Positions 51,501 through 63,360 of a DNA stretch of 64,000 nt are shown here, in pieces. The stretch's first letter is position 1; each line of letters starts with the position of its first letter. This DNA is from Ruditapes philippinarum. Lineage: Eukaryota. Made by a program: the position numbers and the translations under genes. The stretch spans positions 1 to 64,000 of the forward strand of contig NW_026855094.1 of assembly GCF_026571515.1 (NCBI RefSeq), written 5' to 3'. The notes beneath the pieces were generated by a model that saw only the letters and a program-made list of their open reading frames with translations, did no database searches and was not told the DNA's origin.

Positions 51501-54500
51501 AGAGGACTATAATCAAATCATTGAAATTTTCAAAAATGCAAAAGAAAGGCACCTTAAACTTTGAAAAAGCATGTCAATAAAAACACAAGAGGGATCAGTG
51601 ATCACATGTGTCGCCTCATGATGGCCAATTTCATGTTGGGACAAGTTTTGTGACAGACGGACAGTGCACAACTAGACTTGGTACTGATCATTCCTGTAAA
51701 GTTTGGATGAAATTGCACCAGTTGTTTATGAGGAGTAGTCCGGACAAGCTTTTGTGTATCTGGCAACACACAGAAAAAACATCTTTTTATCAAAGGGCCA
51801 TAACTCAGCCAAAAATCATTCAACTGGAAAACCCGTGCAATATGGGCAAGGACTTGAGCTACAAGTTTCATTGAAATTGCATTAGTGGTATAAGAGAAGT
51901 AGTCCGGACAAACTTCAAAAATAAAAATTATTAAAGGGCCATAACTCTGACAAAAATCATTGAACCGGAAAATGCTGACAATATGCACAACTAGACTTGG
52001 TACTGATCATTCCTGTAAAGTTTGGATGAAATTGCACCAGTAGTTTATGAGGAGTAGTCCGGACAAGTTTTGTGACGGACAGATAGACGGACGGACACAC
52101 AGACAGACGACGGAGAAGTGATCCCTATATGTCGCCACTACTCCATGGAGGCGACACAAAAATAGAAGTCAATTTAAGTCTGAAAAAAAATGCTTAACTG
52201 TTCTCATTTTACAGTTTTTTTCCACAATTTCATGACGCATTGTGCTTTTTTTCCCAAATTAAACAGGCCCAGGCCCCTTCACAATTTTGACAAAAAATTC
52301 CCTGCTCTAAGACAATCAGTAAAAAGTTAAAAACATATGTAAATGATTGATTACTGCTTATGATACTACAGTAAAGTTTTATTCAATATTTATTTACTCT
52401 TGATTCCACTATTATTAAACAGTTTTACTCCAATTCTAACTCACATAGTGAAACATTCTTTTTAAAAACTGTGTCAGAAAATTTTGTATTTAAAGAACTT
52501 TGTAGTTTAAATGTTTGTAAAAGTACAGGTCTGGATGGAATACCTGCAAGATTTTTAAAAGATGGAGCAAGTTTTCTAAAATTACCTGTTGCTTTCATAA
52601 TAAACATGTCCATCAGAGAAATTTTTGTCCCTGATGATTTAAAACTTGCCAGGGTGAAACAATTATATAAGAAAAACAGTACACTTGAAGTGGGCAATTA
52701 TAGGCCTGTTTATTAAGTATTATCTCTAAGATTTTAGAAAGAGCTGTATATAATCAATTAGAAACATTTCTTGTTAAAAATAATATATTGTATGGACACC
52801 AATCTGGTTTTAGAAGTTCACATTCAACTGATACTTGCCTCATATATTTGTTAGATCATATCAGACTGAATAATTCCAAAGACTTACTTACTGGAATGAT
52901 AATGATAGATTTGCAAAAGGCATTCGATACTGTTGATCATAATATTCTCTGTGGAAAACTTCATCTGATGGGAATTACCAATACAGACTTGTTTAGAGCT
53001 TATCTAAATAACAGGCAACAATTAGTACATATTGGAGAGTTTTCTTCTTCTCCATCAATAGTAAATTGTGGTGTTCCTCGGGGAAGTATTTCAGGTCCAT
53101 TGCTCTTTTTATGCTATGTAAATGATATGATCACCAGTATCGATTCCGAGTGTAAGCTTATTTTGTATGCTGATGACAGCACTATACTTTTTTCTCATCA
53201 TGATCCTGATTTTATTTCACAGAAATTAGGTAAAGCTCTAGAATCTTGTTCAGATTGGCTAGTTGATAATAAACTGTCTCTCCACTTAGGAAAAACTGAA
53301 TGTATGATTTTTGGTCCAAAGAAAAAACTTAAAAAGATTAATAATTTTAATATTATTTGTAATGGTCACACTATTGAATCTACTAAGACAGTCAAATATC
53401 TTGGTTTGAAAATTGAAAATCTTCTGTCTGGAGAAGAAATTGTTAATGCAGTCATATCTAAAGTAAACACTAAACTTAAATTTTTGTACAGAAACAGTAA
53501 ATGTCTATCATTTAACTGTAGAAAATTGCTTTGTTCTGCTTTAATCCAATGTCATTTTGACTATTCTTGTTCGTCCTGGTACGAAAGTTTAAATAAAAGT
53601 CTGAAAAAGAAACTGCAAGTAGCTCAAAACAAAGTCATAAGGTTTATAAAAGATTACCATCCAAGAACTAGTTTAACTCCTTCTGATTTTAAAGATGTTA
53701 ACATGTTAAATATTGAAAACAGAGTTAAACAACTGAGACTTAATCATATGCATAAGATTTTTTATAATACGTGTCCAACTTATATGAAAACAAATTTTGA
53801 TCGGATGTCTGATATACACAACTACAACACTAGATCAAATAAGTTTAATTTTTCAATTCCTCTTTGTAATAAGACATGTAATAGCACCTTTTTCTATAAT
53901 GGTATTAAAGATTGGAATAGTTTGCCAGATGATGTAAAATGTATATCAAATCCAACTTTATATAAAAATTCTGTTAAAAGCCATCTTGCTTCAATATGGG
54001 CTGCGCAACATCAAAGTGACTTTTTATATTACTAATTTAGTGGCGACATAGGTTTCGCCAAACTTTATTGTTTTTAGTTATCTAATTTTTTCCTGTGCTT
54101 TTCTTTATGTGATAATGCAAAACTACTGTGATTGAATAATTTGAAGATTATCTCACTGTCTATTTTTATTTGAGGAATGAATGTCTCTCTGGTTTTATCT
54201 TGTTTCCATCTATTTGGTTAACAGGACCCCATTGGAAATAAGCACACCAGCTTAATGGGCTATCCTTGTAACCATAGATCACTATTTAACAAAACCCTTG
54301 TATTGAAATTTTATTGAAATTCTTTTACTTCTTTTATATCATGTTTATCAGTAACTTTAAGTTAACAATATTCTGTGATAATTATAATTCTGACTATTGT
54401 AGTCTTAACCTGAAATGTGATTTTATTAATTTATTCATTTGCTTCTTTTTAAAATACATTTATCCTATGCCTCATCTGATCTCAGTCATTAACTAAATTT

Positions 54501-55210
54501 GTTTTATTTATTATTAATATGAAATGATATTTTAATTTGGATAAACTGTTATTTTATATATATATTTATTTATATATATATCTTATTATGTAACTGTGAT
54601 CTATGTTGTTGCTAAAATAAAATAAATAAAAAAAAATAAATAAATTAATCAATTTAAAAGGGTAAACATTTGATAAGCATTTGTACAAGCATTCAAAATG
54701 TCATGTTGGGTCAAATCGTTTGCAATACTACCTAAAACACAATAACGAGAATAAAGTTATTAAAACTTTTAATTTTCTTCAAAATATGGCATATTTTGTA
54801 TAAGAAAAACACTTCCATACAAACTGTATTAGATCAACAATTTCTTTCAAACAACTGGCTCTGATGCTTATTTATTCATATTATAGAAATGGTCCCTAAT
54901 ATTAATGTGCTGTCCTTTCAGTTGAGCTCAGCAACTATCTGCAATGTTATTTCTAATAAAATAGTTTACAATTTCACATGGTTTAAAAGTGGGTGGGGTA
55001 CATAAATTTGACAGGTGCCCTAGAAACCGACGACGCTTTTCGAAATAATGATCGGATTTTACGCTAATTAGATTTATTCTTCATTTTAAACTAATCCAAA
55101 AGATATAAAGAAATGATGCATACCTTTCCTAAACATACTTGACATGAAATTGGCAAAGTAAAAGCTATTGTTGAATTCTTGTTAGATCTTGCATTCACTT
55201 CGGCCGCCAT
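39572..55210 (-). CDS. OBI1: ORC ubiquitin ligase 1 / RING finger protein 219 orthologue (1183 aa, 7 exons)
   Basis: Exons 55210-55124, 49896-49770, 49230-49139, 47227-47130, 44314-44194, 43874-43786, 42509-39572 sum to 3552 nt in frame. TLPISCQVCLGKVKNPVLCPNHHVFCGPCMDVWLQKNKQCPACR RING, LRKARFDLLYKEYE and RLTKALERSDKYIEELES match RNF219 as I recall it. Confidence 0.95.
43150..43359 (-). mobile_element. tRNA-derived SINE in the last OBI1 intron
   Basis: GCTAGCTGAATAGCTTCCTCACATGAAAGAA...GGGATTCAAACCCAC...AACCACTCAGCCATGGAGGCCC; same family as 3407-3663. Confidence 0.8.
44737..45768 (+). mobile_element. HINE-like element with internal repeats, GGACAGAC microsatellite and a nested insert
   Basis: Subterminal ATGCTCCCCGA (~44763) is inverted to 3' TCGGGGAGCAT; A-rich flanks. 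Confidence 0.75.
45946..46495. mobile_element. Related TSD-less hairpin element in opposite orientation
   Basis: Begins ATAGAGGATATT (reverse complement of the AATATCCTCTAT end); subterminal palindrome centred on GAGTGGCGTAGCCACGAG. Confidence 0.6.
47279..47355. repeat. 77-bp near-perfect inverted repeat (31-bp stem)
   Basis: TGTCACCTTAGTGCAGTAAcagGTTAACTCC-loop-GGAGTTAACccaTTACTGCACTAAGGTGACA. Confidence 0.92.
47484..48100. mobile_element. piggyBac-type MITE
   Basis: TTAA|CCTTTTACCC...GGGAAAAGG|TTAA. Confidence 0.75.
48305..48534. mobile_element. MITE with CAGTGT..ACACTG termini and 6-bp TSD (AATGAG)
   Basis: AATGAG|CAGTGT...ACACTG|AATGAG. Confidence 0.75.
49407..49721. mobile_element. 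MITE with CAGGAC..GTCCTG termini and 5-bp TSD (ATCAC)
   Basis: ATCAC|CAGGACAAAAA...TTTTGGTCCTG|ATCAC. Confidence 0.75.
50303..51238 (+). mobile_element. HINE-like element with 156-bp tandem array and (GACGCC)n microsatellite
   Basis: AAAGGGCAATAACT at ~50396, 50539, 50695, 50851, 51007; subterminal TGTGTCGCCTTG inverted to 3' CAAGGCGACACA. Confidence 0.8.
51583..52160 (+). mobile_element. HINE-like element with ~319-bp duplicated unit and GACG/GACA microsatellite
   Basis: TGTGTCGCCTC (~51607) inverted to 3' GAGGCGACACA; TGCACAACTAGACTTGGTACTGATC at ~51665 and ~51984. Confidence 0.8.
52425..54645 (+). mobile_element. 5'-truncated L2/CR1-group LINE (RT plus C-terminal region, 3' UTR, (TAAA)n tail) in OBI1 intron 1, antisense
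   Basis: KSTGLDGIP, NYRPV, QSGFR, IDLQKAFDTVDH, GVPRGSISGPLLF, LYADD, LSLHLGKTE; frameshift near 52710; ORF to 54035; tail at ~54613-54645. Confidence 0.93.
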
Positions 55211-55494
55211 ACTTTATGTACAATATCGTTCCTCTTGAAAGTAGGTCAAAGCATAAAAAAGCTTTAAGATATTTAAAAAGGTACCTTAATAGTACAGAAA
55301 ATGGAATTTAAATGTTTATATTGTATCTACCATAACTAAAATCGAATATATAGTACTGAAATGATTGTCAATAAATTACTACTTTTATTGCACATGAATA
55401 TCCGGTTAAGTTTTTGGGGTGTTGGTAGGCACTTCCTGTGCAAACGTGGAAACTGTCAAACTTATAGAGAAACGAATAAGTGAAATGAAAAACA
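55211..55494. promoter_or_regulatory. Bidirectional promoter between OBI1 and SLC10A7
   Basis: Divergent ATGs with 284 bp between them; YY1-like GCCGCCATACTT over the OBI1 start; ETS-like CACTTCCTG at 55430. Confidence 0.75.
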
Positions 55495-58400
55495 ATGTTG
55501 TCTGTATTAAAAAAGAATTGGTTCTTGATTGGAATAATTGTAGTGATAAGTTTAGCTAAATTCGCTCCTGAAATTGGATCTAAAGGAGGTTGTCAATTTT
55601 TTTTAAGAGTTGTGAATTTTATATGATAATCAGGTCTTTCAAATATTTGAAAGACCTTGCTTCAATTTGCTGCAAGAAGTTTTAGCAATAGTTTTACAAT
55701 TTATTTTAGGTATTGCAGATAATGTTCACAAAGAAAACATGACGTTTATAATAGGAAATTTCTAAATTAAATTTAGGGCCAATTTGGTAAAGGGCCGAAA
55801 AAGGCGAAATGTCCAAGCAGAAATGACTGAAGTTGGTAATTTGGGACACCTTAAAATCTTTTGGCTGAAAATGTCTTGAAATCAATTTATATACAAGTCG
55901 TAAGAAACTTTTAAAAGATTTAATATTTTCGCATCAAGCATATTTAAATTCAAAATTTATAACGTATGTTCTTATTTTATAAATATCAACATTTTTAATC
56001 CATTGCATACAAGTTTCCTTTCCTTATAGGAGTTTTAATGCCCGAGATAACAGTGAAATATATTGCAGTCTTCATAATTTTCTTCAATAGTGGAATTTCA
56101 TTGAAAAGTGAGGTAAATAGTGTTCACAATTTTGTAAATTTTAAAGATTGATGATAGTAATATTCTTCAATATTTACATTATCAATGACATAATTTTAAA
56201 TACCATTTGCAATTCAAAACTATTTAGAAATAAAACTTTAGTTACCTTGAAGTAACAAAAGAAAAATAAAAAAAAAAATAAGAGAAGTTAAAAAATTGTT
56301 TTTAAGTGATTAAATAGTTAATTTCAAACAAAAATTATGTGATTTCTCATTAAACTCTATCTTACAGTTATGTTCTAAGCACTTTTACATATTAATTAAT
56401 AATCTGTTTTCAGGATTTGGGAAGAGCATTATTGCAGGTCAAAGTTCATGTCTTTATTCAAGGCTTTACCTTCATTTTGTTTCCAGTAATAATATTTGCT
56501 TTAGTTGGCTTTTTGAGCATTGCAGAATTCAACCAACAAGTTTTAGAAGGGTTTGTATTTTCTTACACATGATTAAAATATGATGGTGAATTTCATCAGA
56601 TTTTATAACAGGTCCATAGTATTTAACTTAAGACACTTACATGTATTATACCTTAAGCTTAAACATTTAATGTTAGAAAAATTCTTCATGACTAAAATTT
56701 TGATTTGCATTAAAATTTTGGATTTATAGGAGAAATGAAGGAGTTTAGGAGAAAAAATTATACATGTACAAATGAACTTGTAGAAAATGATTCAAAGGGC
56801 AATGACATGTTATTTTTAATCCCCGCTAGTATTCAGTGTGTTAAATGGTGAAATAGATAAATCAAGGTGACCAGTTTGAATTATTATAACATTTTTGCAT
56901 TCTTACATCTTTCTAATTGAAATGTTAACTAATTGTTATTTTTTTCTTTTTTTGTAAGATTGAAGATATTGAGTTGTTTACCACCACCCGTGTCTTCAGC
57001 AGTTATCCTTACAAAAGCAGTTGGTGGCAATGAGGTGATTATTTATTACTATTTTATAATTGTCATAACATGTATTTTATCATCATCATCTTTATTTGAA
57101 GAAAATTTTAGTATAAAGAAATATCAATGACCAATACATGTATACACATTTTTATAAAGTACATGTATATTATTTTCATAAAACATTTCATGCAAAAAAC
57201 ACAAAAAACAATAAAATATGTTTAAATGCAAAAAACACCAGGGGTAAAAAACATGTTATATTTATTTCTATATTCCTTTTGAATTGGATATTGATATTTT
57301 TATGAACAATTTTGGGTGAAAACTTTTTACATTTTTCACATATATTTTTTTTCTTTTCATATAAGTAATTTCTGTCAGTATAATATACTTTCTTTGCAAA
57401 GATGATTCTTCTAACTTCATTTGACCTGCACACTGGCAAACATTTCCTATCATTTATAGTGAATTGTGTCCAGTTCATTGTATTGGCACTTACATTCTAA
57501 TATTTAGTCTATGCCAACTCATAAATAAAGCTCTATGATTTCAGGCTGCAGCTATTTTCAACTCAGCATTTGGAAGTTTTCTTGTGAGTATAAAGTAGAT
57601 TCTTTAATATAACATTATTTTCATATGTAAGAGAGATTGAACATGATGATAACTAGTGTTGCTAATTTTGTTAAACAATAACTGTTTGCCTTGGGGCTAT
57701 TTTAAATGACCAGACAAATAAGATGATTTTAATCAGTTTTGTTTATCTTTGTTTGCATGCTATTTTCATATATGCATATTCAAATGAAAAGGCTGTAAGA
57801 ACAAAATGTTTGTTTGTGCTAAAAAGGTGTGCCACATCTCACATGCTAATATAATGGGTCTAAGTTAAGAAAGTGGCTTTATATGTTGACTTGAATTTTA
57901 ACTACATGTATTGTCACAGATTATTTAAATCAGTTGTGAAGGTTTGAAACACCTAAAATATTGCTGCTTCAATAATGGCCTGTCTTAACCACCAGTGTGT
58001 GAACACAATATTCCACGACCAACTCGATGATATATCCCACCAGAATATCACATTCTTTTAATATTCCCAGAACATGTATATTGTTATGCCCCCGCCATGT
58101 AATGGCCGGGGCATATAGTGTTACCCTGTTCCGTCCTTCCGTCATTCCGTCATTCCGTCCTTCCGTCATTCCGTCATTCTGTCATTCCGTCATCATCAGT
58201 TTCCGTTCATTATCTTAGTAAGGGTTGCACACATTCAACTCAAATTTGACATATGGATATGTCGAGAGAAAATACAGGTCAAGTTCGAATTTGGTCATGG
58301 TTCAATGATTTTTGGCAGAGTTATGCCCCTTTTACTTTAAAATAATATGAAATTTTCAGTTTCCGTTCATTATCTCCGCAATGGTACAACACATTCAACT

Positions 58401-61400
58401 CAAACTTGACATATGGATATGTCATGAGAAAATACAGGTCAAGTTCGAATTTGGTCATGGTTCGATGATTTTTGGCAGAGTTATGCCCCTTTTACTTTGA
58501 AAATAATATGAAATTTTCAGTTTCCGTTCATTATCTCCCCAACAGTACAACACATTCAACTCAAATTTGACATATGGATACATCACAGGAATGCGCAAGT
58601 CAAGTTCAAAGTTGGTTATGGTTCAATGATTTTTGGCAGAGTTATGCCCCTTTCACTTTGGAAATAATATGAAATTTTCAGTTTCCGGTCATTATCTCCC
58701 CAATGGTACAACACTTTTAACTCAAACTTGACATATGGATACATCACAGGAATGCGCAAGTCAAGTTCAAAGTTGGTTATGGTTCAATGATTTTTGGCAG
58801 AGTTATGCCCCTTTCACTTTGAAAATAATATGAAATTTTCAGTTTCTGTTTATTATCTCCCCAATGGTACAACACATTCAACTCAAATTTGACATATGGA
58901 TATATTTTTGGAATGCCCAGGCCAAGTTTGAATTTGGTCATGGTTCAATGATTTTTGGCAGAGTAATGCCCCTTTCACTTTGAAAATAATATGAAATTTA
59001 CAGTTTCTGTTCATTATCTACCCAACTACTCAAATTTGACATATGGATATGTCAAAGGAATGGGCAGGTCAAGTTGGAATTTGGTCATGGTTCGATGACT
59101 TTTTGGCAGAGTTATGTCCCTTTCACTTTGAAAATAATATAGATACATCTTAGGAATAAGCAGTTTAAGTTTGAATTTGGTCGTGGTTCAATGATTTTGG
59201 ACAAACTTATCTTTCTTGAATGTTGTAAAAATTTTGAACTTTCAGTTTCAGCACTGAAATGTATGTAGCCAATGCCCATTATTTTGGCTACAAATATGAA
59301 ATATGCTAATTTCAAAAGGTTTAGACTGAATAATTTCAGTGCCTTGAACATTGTATGAAAATGGTTTGTGTTAACATTGAAAAGTTTTAAGGGCTTTGAA
59401 CTTAAAATGAAAAAAATTATTTGTGCAAACAAATTTGGAACTAAATATTATAACATCTGAAATTTTGGCTGCATGCGGGGGCATCCGTGGCATGATGACA
59501 CATTTCTAGTTTAATTTTTAATTACAGGGTATAGCAGTCACCCCAACACTTATATTAGCTTTAGTAAGAATGAGATTCTTTTAACCTTAATTTAAGTTCT
59601 TTTTTAAAAGGTAATATCAATATTATTAAAGTTATAATTTATAAATGTAACCCATATTGTGAAGTTTTTGTCATGAAAAAAGGAAAATTAGATAAAAAGC
59701 AATCCTTAACAACAGCCAAATTATGAATTATTATGGTCATTTGACATTGGGAAATTTCGGACACCATTTTGGGAAAAATTAATAATGTTGTCCCTTAGAA
59801 AGTGTAAGACTTATCTAAATAAGGAAATAAATCTTGTCATATTGAAGGATTATACATATTTTAATCAAGTTTTCATGTATCAGAATTTAGATGTGAAAAA
59901 CATATATAATTCTTTAGAAATCTTACACATACATATTTGTATTAATTAATATTTCAGTTTCAGACATTTCAAACATGTATGTTGTATTTCAGGTAGGATC
60001 AAAGGCTGCTGTCCCTGTAGCATCTATATTTTTACAACTTACAGCAACTGTTGTTTTACCATTAATCATTGGCCAATGGATAAGACGATATTTAGCTAAC
60101 TTTATTAACCTAAAAAGTGTTCCCTGGGGCCAGATAGGAAGGTATGTATATATGTCACTAAATTTGTGCCATACTCTTGTTTTATTTGATTGAATTTAAG
60201 CTTTAATTAAAAGACACATTCTCAATGTGATAAAGTTTCTTCTTTTCCCAGTTGTGATCTGATAATTTCAAAATTTTATTATCAATACATGATCTGACAA
60301 TACAAAATACATTTATTATTTTACAGTACAATGTATATGGTCCAAAAATTCCCAATTTTGTTGCCAAATTATGATCTTGAATATTCCCAATTTTCTTGTC
60401 ATTTTTTTTTTAATCTGAAAATTCAAAATTATTGTTGTAAATATATAATCTAAAAATTCAAAATTTTCTTGTTTGTAATTTGGCATTGCTATTTTCATTT
60501 TAACTCAAATAAAATGAAAAGAAAAGGGCTAATAAAATTCAAAGTTTTTGGCGACCAATTGCTCCACACTCTACTTTTGGGACCTATCATCTATTGGTAG
60601 AATATAAGTTACCAGTACTGGTAATTCTGAAAAAAAGGAGAAATTTCATTGGTTATTAATCTGGTCAGATTTTTATCTAAATTTGCTTTTTCCATTTTAC
60701 CAATGTTTACTTACTTGACCTATATATCAATATGTAATTGTCCGCATGAAAATAGCTGAGTTAAGATGTGTATATGTGCATGCACTGAAAAGATAATGAC
60801 AAATTATCAAAACTTTTCGGAAAATTTCCAGAAAGAAATGATATTTCTTCTAAAGTCAAATTGATCACATATATTTTCATTACTTATAGCAGTAATGATC
60901 AGTTATAATGGTTATTGTTATTAAAGATCCTGTAAGATGTAATTAAGGATGTAACAATACTTATATTAAATTTTATATATGTATATAATTATTCTTCTAA
61001 AACAATTCCTAAACACCCAAGAATATGTTAAACATTTACTGCAAATATTCATACGCATTATAAGTAATCTTTAAAATTATATGCATTCATTTCTTATGGA
61101 AAAATTGGGCTTAGACTTTATTGAAAATAAATTTCTAATAACCTCCCTTTATTTACATGAAATGTAAATTTGGTAATATCTTTACAAATAATGCTTTTTG
61201 GAACTTACAATATTGATAAATCTTCATTTGAGCATCATATAAATGATATAAAACCATAAAAAAATTGAGATACAAGATCTGTGATTTCTCTAATTGTTTC
61301 AGTGGGGTTTTACTTCTCATTATCTATGCAACATTCTGTGATACGTTCTCCCAGGAATCGATAGATGTTGATCCATCAAGTTTCTTCATTACTGTAATAT

Positions 61401-63041
61401 TAAGTAAGTATAATGTTAAAGACATTTACAATTTTTAGTTTGACTATTTAAAGAATAAGGGATAGCTATTGTACTCACCCAGGCGTCAACATCAACTTCA
61501 TTCTTGGTTATGTTTTTTGCATGCAAGTTGGTATCTCTAAAACTACTGAAGGGAATAGCTTGAAACTTCACACACTTATTGAAGAGTATAATAGGAGGTT
61601 GTCCATTAGGCTCATAACTCTAACATGGATTTTGACAGAATTATGGCCCTTTTTGATGTTAGAAAATTGAAAATACTGCATTTTCCAGGCAATTATACTA
61701 TAAGGCACTTGAAAAATCGAGCACACTGTCCTACAGACAGCTCTTGTAAGCTCAGCTATTTATATATAAGAAGAGCTATTGTACTCATATCAGCTTCATA
61801 CTTAGTTTAGTTTTTGCATGCAATTTGATATCTCCAAAATTCTTACATTATTTATGCTATCAAACACTTAGAGAAGTTGAGCATACTGTCCTACTGACAG
61901 ATCTTGTTTTGTTATCTATAACATTGTTAGCTTTGTACAATAGACCTGTCTGAATTTGAATTTGGAGCAGACCATCTGTCCATTCTCAATATTAGCATAT
62001 TAGAATGTGGGCAGCCACCGAAATAACATTATGTCAGACTGAATAAACATGCTGGTGGAGTATGACCTTCTATAACAAGGTAAAATTTACTGCATAGCCA
62101 GCCAAGGTACTTCTTTTTATGTCCTTTTCTTTCTGGTTATTAATGTAGACCCACCTACTGTAAAAAATAACCAAGCTTCTTAAAAAACATAATTAATGCC
62201 CAGTTGATAAACTTTCATAGATTTAAAATTATTTTTGCTGTGTTTTATTTTCAGTTATCTGCATACAGTGTGTTTACTTACAGTGTGTTTACATTGTCGT
62301 GTTTTATTTTCAGTTATCTGCATACAGTTGTGTTTACTATACAGTGTGTTTACATTCAGCAGTAGTAGATTGTTTCATTTTTCACGCAGTGACACTGTTG
62401 CTTTAATGTTTTGTTGTACACACAAATCACTTACTTTAGGTAAGTATACAATTATACAGTCTGCATAGTTACATGACAAAATCTGGGGCTAGGTAATTTA
62501 TTCATATTAGATAAAAATTTGATTGCTGGTCAAGATTTGCTTGTGAATATGTTCAACACAGATTTAAAATAGTCTCTTTATTTTGTTAATTTTTTTTTTT
62601 AAACTAAAAAATAAAAACATTGTCAATGTGATTTAACCTGAGACATTTTCTATCTTTTTAAAAATTAGTATCACTCTTCTGGTGAGATGGTGGCATGCTT
62701 TTAATAAAATTTATGTCTGAAATGTATTGAGTTAAAAATCAATAAAAAAGAAATGCTTGCACAAAATAACAAATACATGTGCTAATTAAAAAACATATTT
62801 ATATACTTATGTATATACTTATATAAGTAGCCTAAAATTTGATATTGTTTTTGGAAAGTGTTCAAGCGTTGTTGTTTTTTGTCTTTGCAGGAATTCCAAT
62901 AATAAAAATCATATTTGCCGACTCAGCAAGTCTGTCATTAATTACCATACCTTTACTAGTGTATCATCCGACACAAATACTCCTAGGTGGACTTCTAGTG
63001 CCGTCAGTACGATCATGGATGCTTAGTGGACCAAGATCGGG
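55495..63041 (+). CDS. SLC10A7: Sodium/bile acid cotransporter family member 7 (3' end uncertain: stop at 63057 if the donor at 63042 is read through, otherwise a tiny last exon)
   Basis: Exons 55495-55588, 56030-56112, 56414-56550, 56959-57034, 57545-57583, 59528-59563, 59993-60141, 61303-61403, 62314-62439, 62891-63041. Motifs [89 protein letters not shown]. Confidence 0.96.
58084..59511 (-). mobile_element. HINE-like element with ~6 x 161-bp tandem array in an SLC10A7 intron
   Basis: Terminal hairpin ATGCCCCCGCC...GCCGGGGCAT, (CCGTCATT)n microsatellite, units at 58197, 58357, 58518, 58679, 58840, 59001; distal GCGGGGGCAT inverted repeat. Confidence 0.85.
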
Positions 63042-63163
63042 GTACGTATTCAACTAAATGTACATGATTGATTAGTGGTTTAAAGTGGGATAATAATTAT
63101 TTAAATGGCTTCTATTTAAATTATTTTATTCCTTTTATGCATTAATCTTAATAACTTAAAATT

Positions 63164-63360
63164 ATTGAATTTTTAGAATTAGGATTTATAGGTCTGCTTT
63201 TACAACTGCTACAGGGCAACACCCTTTTTATTGAATTTTTAGAATAAGGTTTTAAAAGCTTGCTTTTACAACTGCTACAGGGCAACACCCTTTTTATTGA
63301 ATTTTTAGAATAAGGTTTTAAAAGCTTGCTTTTACAACTGCTACAGGGCAACACCCTTTT
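63164..63360 (+). repeat. 66-bp tandem repeat, 3 copies
   Basis: ATTGAATTTTTAGAA at 63164, 63230, 63296. Confidence 0.92.

Noticed and set aside
45001-51988. ORFs of 60-148 aa within HINE and MITE arrays
   Set aside because: They translate tandem repeat units and show no domain motifs
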